From assembly GCA_011982905.1 (NCBI GenBank), contig GCA_011982905.1_4767.1: a DNA stretch of 59,846 bases. The stretch is one strand, 5' to 3'. The notes under the pieces were generated by a model. That model was given only the letters and a program-made list of their open reading frames with translations, ran no database searches and had not been told where the DNA came from. Below, piece after piece: positions 53,908 through 59,846 of this stretch. Positions within the stretch are counted from its first letter, which is position 1; each line of letters begins with the position of its first letter. The position numbers were made by a program, and so were the translations under genes. This DNA is from a phage.

Positions 53908-55444
53908 TAACATGCCGCGAGTCGTCTGGAAACCACATCCAGGTTCACAGACACTCGCTCTATCCTGCCCCGCTGATATCATCCTATACCACGGAACTCG
54001 CGGTCCTGGAAAAACGGACTGCCAGCTTATGCGTTTCCGTAAGAATGTTGGTGTAGGGTACGGTAAATTTTGGAAGGGTATTATATTCGACCGTGAATAT
54101 AAAAACCTTGATGACCTTGTAACTAAATCCCAGCGTTGGTTTCCTGAATTTAAAGACGGGGCTAAATTCCTTAGCTCTAAGTCTGATTATAAATGGGTTT
54201 GGCCTACTGGTGAAGAGCTACTGTTCCGTGTTGCTTGTAAAGAAAAGGATTACTGGTCTTATCACGGTCACGAATACCCATTTATCGGATGGAACGAATT
54301 AACAAAATATCCGGACGGGCGTTTGTTTGAAGCTATGATGTCCTGTAACCGTTCATCTTTCTTACCAGAAGATAACCCAATTATTAATCCAGATGGTACG
54401 GTCACATATTTACCGGATATCCCTCTTGAAGTGTTTGCTACCAGTAACCCGTTTGGTGCGGGGCATAACTGGGTTAAGAAACGCTTCATTGATGCTGCAC
54501 CGATGGGTAAAATACTCAGGAAGACTACGCGAGTGTTTAACCCGCGGACGCAGAAAGAGGAAGATGTGGTTACGACGCAATGTCATATCTTCGGATCTTA
54601 CCGCGAGAACAAAAACCTGAGCCCGAAATATATTGCAGAGCTTATGTCCATCACAGACCCGAACAAACGAGCTGCATGGTTAGGCGGTAGCTGGGATATC
54701 ACCTCCGGCGGTATGTTCGATGATCTGTGGCGTAGCACTGTTCATAAAATACGCCCATTCCCAATCCCATCAAGCTGGAAAATTACACGTTCTTTCGACT
54801 GGGGTTCTTCAAAACCTTTCTCTGTCGGTTGGTGGGCTATTAGTGATGGTTCGGATGTTGTGCGTGAAGACGGAACTACATTCTCTACTGTACGCGGCGA
54901 CTTGTTCCGTATTAACGAATGGTACGGCACTAACGGTAAAACAAACGAAGGTTTACATTTGCTGGACTCAGAGATTGCAAGCGGTATACTGGAGCGGGAA
55001 TTGGCCTGGGGTATACACGACCGTGTAGTTCCTGGACCTGCGGATAACTCTATTTGGGATCTGGAGAACAATAACTCTACCGCTGCAACAATGGCGAAGA
55101 AAATCCGTCTTAACGGCAAGCTGTATAACGGTATCCATTGGAAGAGAAGTGATAAATCTGCTGGGTCGCGTAAACGCGGATGGCAGAAAATGCGTGAGTT
55201 TCTTAAAGCTGCATTGCGGGAAGATGCAAACGGTAAACCTTTGCCGGGACCACGTGAAAATCCAGCAATGTATGTTTTCGATAACTGCAATTATTTCTTT
55301 GAACTGGTTCCAAGTCTCCCGCGCGATGAAGTAGATCAGGACGACGTTGATACGGAATGTGAAGACCATATGGGCGATGAAGTACGTTATATGGTTCTGG
55401 ATCAAGCTGTTTATACAGGTGTTGGTAAAACTATCGGTATTTAA
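53885..55444 (+). CDS. terL: terminase large subunit
   Basis: 519 aa; Walker A-like HGTRGPGKT near the N-terminus; acidic nuclease-type C-terminal half; directly upstream of the portal gene. The start could instead be the ATG at 53912. Confidence 0.8.
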   Translation: MELNQQPDNMPRVVWKPHPGSQTLALSCPADIILYHGTRGPGKTDCQLMRFRKNVGVGYGKFWKGIIFDREYKNLDDLVTKSQRWFPEFKDGAKFLSSKSDYKWVWPTGEELLFRVACKEKDYWSYHGHEYPFIGWNELTKYPDGRLFEAMMSCNRSSFLPEDNPIINPDGTVTYLPDIPLEVFATSNPFGAGHNWVKKRFIDAAPMGKILRKTTRVFNPRTQKEEDVVTTQCHIFGSYRENKNLSPKYIAELMSITDPNKRAAWLGGSWDITSGGMFDDLWRSTVHKIRPFPIPSSWKITRSFDWGSSKPFSVGWWAISDGSDVVREDGTTFSTVRGDLFRINEWYGTNGKTNEGLHLLDSEIASGILERELAWGIHDRVVPGPADNSIWDLENNNSTAATMAKKIRLNGKLYNGIHWKRSDKSAGSRKRGWQKMREFLKAALREDANGKPLPGPRENPAMYVFDNCNYFFELVPSLPRDEVDQDDVDTECEDHMGDEVRYMVLDQAVYTGVGKTIGI

Positions 55445-55455
55445 CTGGAGGGTAT

Positions 55456-56952
55456 ATGGGTATTGATGCAACTCACCCGCTATATGACAAGTGGAAGGAT
55501 GCATGGGTTAAGTGCAACGACTGCTATGAGGGTGAAGATAAAATTAAGGAAGAAGGTGTTAAATATCTACCACCTTTAGCTTCCATGATTATTGATGGGA
55601 TGAATAACCCTAATGATTTGGGCTTTCAACGTTGGCTCGCTTATCGTTTGCGTGCTAACTTCCCTGACGATTATTCAAGTGCTGTCACAAACAATTTAGG
55701 TCTGTTGCACCAGAAGCCACCTACAATCCAGCTTCCTCCTGAAATGGAGTACATGAGGGAGCTGTGTACTGCGGATGGTGAAGACATTATTGCTCTGCTA
55801 CGTCGCATCAACGAAATGCAGTTAAAAAATGGACGTTTGGGTCTGCTGCTAGACTTGCCGAAAGGTGAGGATGTAAATAACAGACCTTATATTAGCGTTT
55901 ATGATGCTTTATCCATCATCAACTGGGATGATGGTAAAGATGAACTGGGTAATATCAACTTGAACATGGTTGTACTGGATGAAAGCGGTCCTGTACGTGT
56001 CAATCAGTTTGACTGGAAAGAAGAGAAGCGTTATCGCGTTCTGCAATTAGGTCCGATGGACACAGATGAAGTTGCAGGTGGGGCGGTCTACTCCCAGCAT
56101 TTATTCATCAACAATACCAATTATGATGAAGGGCAAATGATTGCTCCTTATTATAAAGGTAACAAACTGGACGAAATACCTTTCCAGTTTGTTAATACAA
56201 CAGATATCACCCCAGCACCGGAAGCGCCTCCATTGTTGGGGTTAGCTAACATCTGTTTAAGCATGTACCGAAGTGACGCTGATTACCGTCAAAGTCTGCA
56301 TATGCAGGGTCAGGACACGTTAGTTGTTGTTGGTGGTTCGGGTGAGAATGGAGATAAAGCCCCTCAACGTATTGGTCCTGGAGCGGTCATTAACGTTGCT
56401 CTTGGGGGTGACGCTAAATATGTAGGCGTTAGCGGTGATGGTTTGTCCGAACAACGCCTTGCATTGGCAGCGGATAAGCAGGAAGCTCAGATTAAAGCTG
56501 GGCAGATGGTAAACAACACCAAGAGCACGCAGGAATCAGGCGAAGCTATGAAAACGCGTATTGCTGCGCGTACCGCTAGCCTGATTCGAATTGCGTATAC
56601 TGGTGCGGCAGGTTTGGAAAACTTGCTGAAGGTCTGCGCTAAATGGATGGGTGCTGATCCAGAGAAAGTTGTGGTTAAGCCTAATCTTGAATTTACCAAG
56701 AGCATGTTTAACGGTCAGGACTTTGTTCAAATTATTACTGCACGCAACCTTAAAGCTCCGATCAGCTTGCAGTCTATTCATGGCTGGCTCGTTGATCAAG
56801 GCTTAACCACACTAAGCTTTGAAGAAGAAATGGCAATTCTTGAAGAAGAGCTTAAGAAGTGGCCTCTGCCCGATGATGCTAAAGCTGATTTAAACGCAGA
56901 GCAGCAAGTAAACAAAGATCCTAAGGAAGACGACGCTTCCAATAAAGAATAG
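55456..56952 (+). CDS. portal protein
   Basis: 498-aa ORF with GGAGGG RBS between terminase and scaffold/capsid genes. Confidence 0.7.
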   Translation: MGIDATHPLYDKWKDAWVKCNDCYEGEDKIKEEGVKYLPPLASMIIDGMNNPNDLGFQRWLAYRLRANFPDDYSSAVTNNLGLLHQKPPTIQLPPEMEYMRELCTADGEDIIALLRRINEMQLKNGRLGLLLDLPKGEDVNNRPYISVYDALSIINWDDGKDELGNINLNMVVLDESGPVRVNQFDWKEEKRYRVLQLGPMDTDEVAGGAVYSQHLFINNTNYDEGQMIAPYYKGNKLDEIPFQFVNTTDITPAPEAPPLLGLANICLSMYRSDADYRQSLHMQGQDTLVVVGGSGENGDKAPQRIGPGAVINVALGGDAKYVGVSGDGLSEQRLALAADKQEAQIKAGQMVNNTKSTQESGEAMKTRIAARTASLIRIAYTGAAGLENLLKVCAKWMGADPEKVVVKPNLEFTKSMFNGQDFVQIITARNLKAPISLQSIHGWLVDQGLTTLSFEEEMAILEEELKKWPLPDDAKADLNAEQQVNKDPKEDDASNKE

Positions 56953-56955
56953 TTG

Positions 56956-56969
56956 CAACTTGCAAGTTG
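56956..56969. promoter_or_regulatory. perfect 14-bp palindrome CAACTTGCAAGTTG
   Basis: Located in the short gap between portal and scaffold genes. Confidence 0.35.
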
Positions 56970-57047
56970 ATCGGTTTATATTAACGAACACGGGGCTGGG
57001 ACGGCTCAGCTCCAAAAACGTCACACGGGTGACAACGGAGATAAGAA

Positions 57048-57920
57048 ATGAAAAAGAGTTCTGTAGCTATTAATGTTGGTATGGCTTTAATTAATCCACG
57101 CGCTCGCGGTGAAGGTGATGTGGAACTGGAATATGAATATGCATCTGCGGAAGAAATCCCGGCAGAGTTTGCTGCTCTTTACGCAGAGCAGGGCGGTAAA
57201 TACGTTCTTGCAAAAGTTAAAGGTGTAGCCCCTGCTGATAGTGTTCGTCGTCTGGAAAGTGCGTTAGCTAAAGAACGTAACGACCATCGTCAGGTGAAGC
57301 AACAGATTAGCGCACTTGGGCGTCCGGTTGAAGAAGTCCTTGCGGACCTTGATCGTATCCCTCAACTGGAAGCTGCCGCTAACGGTAAAGGTACTCCGGA
57401 AGACATCGAAAAGATGGTTAAAGCCCGTCTTGCTCCGCTCGAGCGTCAATTGCAAACTGTAGCAGCTGAACGCGATTCCGTTAAACAGGAAATTGAAGGC
57501 TACCGCACTCGCGAAACTAAAGCGAAGATTAAAGATGCAGTTATTGCCGCTGCTTCTGGTGCTAAATTGCGTCCATCTGCTATCGAAGACGCTGTAACTT
57601 ATGCACAGTTGCAGATGACCGTCGACGAGAACGGCAATGTGGTTACGAAAGATGGTGCTGGTGTTACCCCGTATCTAACTCCGGCGGATTGGCTTAACGA
57701 AATCCTTCCGAAGCGTCCGCACTGGGTTGAAGGATCTGCTGGTGGCGGTGCATCTGGTCCTGGCGCTGGCGGCCATCACGGTGAAGACCCATACAGTCAC
57801 GACGGCTGGAACATTTCTAAGCAGATGAATCTCTGGAAAACTAATCAATCTTTAGCTAAACGCTTAGCTGAAAAGAATGGCGTAGACCCGCTGAAGCCTG
57901 TACGTCCTGCTAAGAAATAA
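57048..57920 (+). CDS. scaffolding protein (putative)
   Basis: 290 aa; Ala/Glu/Lys-rich coiled-coil-like composition; between portal and major capsid genes. Confidence 0.55.
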   Translation: MKKSSVAINVGMALINPRARGEGDVELEYEYASAEEIPAEFAALYAEQGGKYVLAKVKGVAPADSVRRLESALAKERNDHRQVKQQISALGRPVEEVLADLDRIPQLEAAANGKGTPEDIEKMVKARLAPLERQLQTVAAERDSVKQEIEGYRTRETKAKIKDAVIAAASGAKLRPSAIEDAVTYAQLQMTVDENGNVVTKDGAGVTPYLTPADWLNEILPKRPHWVEGSAGGGASGPGAGGHHGEDPYSHDGWNISKQMNLWKTNQSLAKRLAEKNGVDPLKPVRPAKK

Positions 57921-57921
57921 G

Positions 57922-57967
57922 TTGACATCCCGACGTCCCTGATGTTAAGTTTCAACACATCAGGGAC
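57922..57967 (+). promoter_or_regulatory. promoter-like TTGACA-17-TTAAGT overlapped by a 10-bp inverted repeat
   Basis: Consensus -35 hexamer at 57922-57927; inverted repeat GTCCCTGATG / CATCAGGGAC at 57935-57967, upstream of the major capsid gene. Confidence 0.35.
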
Positions 57968-58042
57968 ACGGGTTCCTAAACAGCCTTCCACGGGGAAAGG
58001 CTACCAACAGTAAACAAATCAATCCTTTTCCTGGAGACAAGT

Positions 58043-59104
58043 ATGTCTAAATCTAAAATTATTCTACCCTTTGGTCGTGGTGAAACTGACCTGACTCGTT
58101 TGAAGGATGTCATTGTCCCTGAGATCTTCACTGGTTATGTGCAGACGCAGACCGCCGAACTTTCTGCTCTGATCCAATCCGGTGCGGTTGTAATGGACGA
58201 GCGTTTATCTGCTAACCTTGCTGGTGCAGGTCTGACTTTTAACGAGCCGTTCTATAACGACCTGAAAGATGAAGACGAAGATATCGCTGTTGATAAAGGC
58301 GATCCGTCCAAACCTTCTAACATCACTACCGGATCTGAAGTTCAGGTTCGTATGAGTCGTTCAAAATCCTGGGGTTCTGCGGATCTGGTATCTGCTTTGA
58401 TTGGTAACGACCCAATGACCGCTATCGGTAATCGCGTGTCTGCGTGGTGGGTTCGCCGTCTGCAAGCTGCATACATTGCAACCTGGAAAGGTGTATTTGC
58501 TAATGCGAAGAAATCCCATAACGACGATTTGACTTTCGATATTTCTGGCGAGTCCTTTACGAATAACCAGACCAACTTTACCGCGTCTAACTTCATCAAC
58601 GCAACGGCAACGATGGGTGATGCTGCTCGCGGTCTGACCATGATTATGGTACACTCTACCGTTCGTAACCGTATGCGTCAGTTGAACCTGATCGACTTCA
58701 TTCCAGATGCTCGCGGTGAAACTCAGTTTGAGTATTATCAGGGTCTGCGTATTATTGAAGACGACTCCATGCCGCACGATCCGCGTACTGGTATCTTTGA
58801 AAGCTGGCTGTTCGGCCCGGGCGCGACTGCAATGGGTGCTGGTTCACCGAAAGTGCCGACTGCGGTTGTTCGTGACGAAGCTGCTAACCAAGGCGCTGGT
58901 GAAGAAGTTCTTCACAACCGTGTTGAATGGATTCTTCATCCTGTTGGCCATGCTTGGGCTGCTGCTCAAACTGCTAAAGGTGGTCCGTCTAACGCTGCAA
59001 CTACTAACAACCTGGCCCATGCAGATTCCTGGCGTCGTGCGTTCCCTGAGCGCAAGCAGCTTAAAGTTGCTCGCCTGATCACTCGTGAGTATCAGGGTTC
59101 CTAA
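58043..59104 (+). CDS. major capsid protein
   Basis: 353-aa ORF with GGAG RBS after the scaffold gene, followed by a strong terminator. Confidence 0.75.
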   Translation: MSKSKIILPFGRGETDLTRLKDVIVPEIFTGYVQTQTAELSALIQSGAVVMDERLSANLAGAGLTFNEPFYNDLKDEDEDIAVDKGDPSKPSNITTGSEVQVRMSRSKSWGSADLVSALIGNDPMTAIGNRVSAWWVRRLQAAYIATWKGVFANAKKSHNDDLTFDISGESFTNNQTNFTASNFINATATMGDAARGLTMIMVHSTVRNRMRQLNLIDFIPDARGETQFEYYQGLRIIEDDSMPHDPRTGIFESWLFGPGATAMGAGSPKVPTAVVRDEAANQGAGEEVLHNRVEWILHPVGHAWAAAQTAKGGPSNAATTNNLAHADSWRRAFPERKQLKVARLITREYQGS

Positions 59105-59135
59105 GGCTTTACTCAACGCCGCGCTGTAGTATTTT

Positions 59136-59161
59136 GGGGACATTTATGTCCCCTCTTTTTT
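59136..59161 (+). terminator. intrinsic terminator
   Basis: Stem GGGGACA / TGTCCCC with TTTA loop, followed by TCTTTTTT. Confidence 0.7.
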
Positions 59162-59173
59162 AGGAGAACAACC

Positions 59174-59497
59174 ATGCGTTATCAACGTTATGAACGACAT
59201 AACTTGATGGAAAAATCGTTGCAGGTGGAGCCAATTTCGATTACTCTCGATCCTGCTAAGATTGACACCACAACTTCAGAAGTAAAAACGGTTACTGTTA
59301 AAATAAACTTTGTCCCAGGCGGAACTACAAACAAAGCGTATAGTGCGTCAGTTGACGGTTCCTCTGCTACAATTAAAGACAACGGGGACGGTACAATTAC
59401 CGTGACCACAACCGCAAGCAGTGGTACTTCAAACTTGACAGTAACGTCCAAGGCAAAGGATAGTGTTACTGGTACATGTGTTATTAATGTGACCTAA
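59174..59497 (+). CDS. head-associated protein with Ig-like (Big_2-type) domain, possible decoration protein
   Basis: 107 aa; AGGAG RBS; Thr/Ser/Val-rich beta-strand pattern (TVTVKINFVPGG...TITVTTTASSGTSNLTVTSKA). Confidence 0.45.
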   Translation: MRYQRYERHNLMEKSLQVEPISITLDPAKIDTTTSEVKTVTVKINFVPGGTTNKAYSASVDGSSATIKDNGDGTITVTTTASSGTSNLTVTSKAKDSVTGTCVINVT

Positions 59498-59513
59498 AAA
59501 TAAGGATTAAACA

Positions 59514-59846
59514 ATGAAGACATTAATTGAAGCATTGTTAGAACTTGATCCGGATAACCCGAATCATTGGACTAGCGACGGTCTACCTAAAGTGGATGCT
59601 TTGCGTTTCGCTACCGCTAACCCATCTTTAACCCGCGACGATATTACAACTGCTGCTCCACTGTTTACCCGCGATAACCGCGTGCTGGAAGAGCCAGAGC
59701 CAGTGGAACCTGTTAAATCTGCTGATCCAGTTTTACATGAAGCTGTTAAACAGGAGAAAGCTCATGAAGAACAAAAGAAAGTCGCGGTTGCAACGATGCA
59801 AATTGAAGTTAAGATTAGCGAAGCACTGCGTGCTCTTCTGGAGCCG
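59514..59846 (+). CDS. hypothetical protein, 5' portion (ORF runs off the window end)
   Basis: ATG at 59514 with AAGGAT RBS; open through the last complete codon at 59844-59846; in phase with the ORF open at base 1. Confidence 0.5.
   Translation, partial: MKTLIEALLELDPDNPNHWTSDGLPKVDALRFATANPSLTRDDITTAAPLFTRDNRVLEEPEPVEPVKSADPVLHEAVKQEKAHEEQKKVAVATMQIEVKISEALRALLEP

Noticed and set aside
1-59846. Integrated prophage or temperate lifestyle
   Set aside because: No integrase, recombinase, CI-like repressor or attachment-site repeats were seen; the gene set and orientation fit a virulent phage genome.

Overview
This 59,846-bp window reads as a complete or near-complete genome of a virulent tailed phage of enterobacterial type: lambda-like J and Stf tail-tip proteins, AGGAG-type ribosome-binding sites, frequent TAATG stop/start overlaps, and no integrase, tRNA or CRISPR array seen by eye. 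It has three transcriptional blocks. (i) Plus strand, 1 to 18.9 kb: head-tail joining genes, tail tube, a tail assembly chaperone with a -1 frameshift extension, tape measure, tail tip, three fibre genes and a small accessory unit. (ii) Minus strand, 18.9 to 46.2 kb: small envelope-directed proteins, a family-B DNA polymerase beside a DnaN-like clamp, a dpdA-folE-queD-queC-queE 7-deazaguanine DNA-modification cluster, recombination genes (helicase, nuclease, SSB-like, Sak4-like ATPase), ligase, RNase H, dUTPase, a resolvase-like nuclease and a primase-helicase. (iii) Plus strand, 46.5 to 59.8 kb: early/accessory small genes, a lysis cassette with overlapped spanins, terminase, portal, scaffold and major capsid. 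From memory the gene content resembles the 7-deazaguanine-modifying coliphages (Seuratvirus/Nonagvirus-like); no database search was run, and all family calls rest on motifs recognised by eye. The most interesting items beyond routine annotation are: the unassigned ORFs inside the 7-deazaguanine cluster; a promoter-to-terminator unit encoding a glycine-rich peptide with a possible double-glycine leader; a stand-alone papain/C39-like cysteine peptidase; an HslV/proteasome-like ORF with no in-frame start, sitting after a G6 run; and an iteron array with AT-rich flank that looks like an origin or operator.
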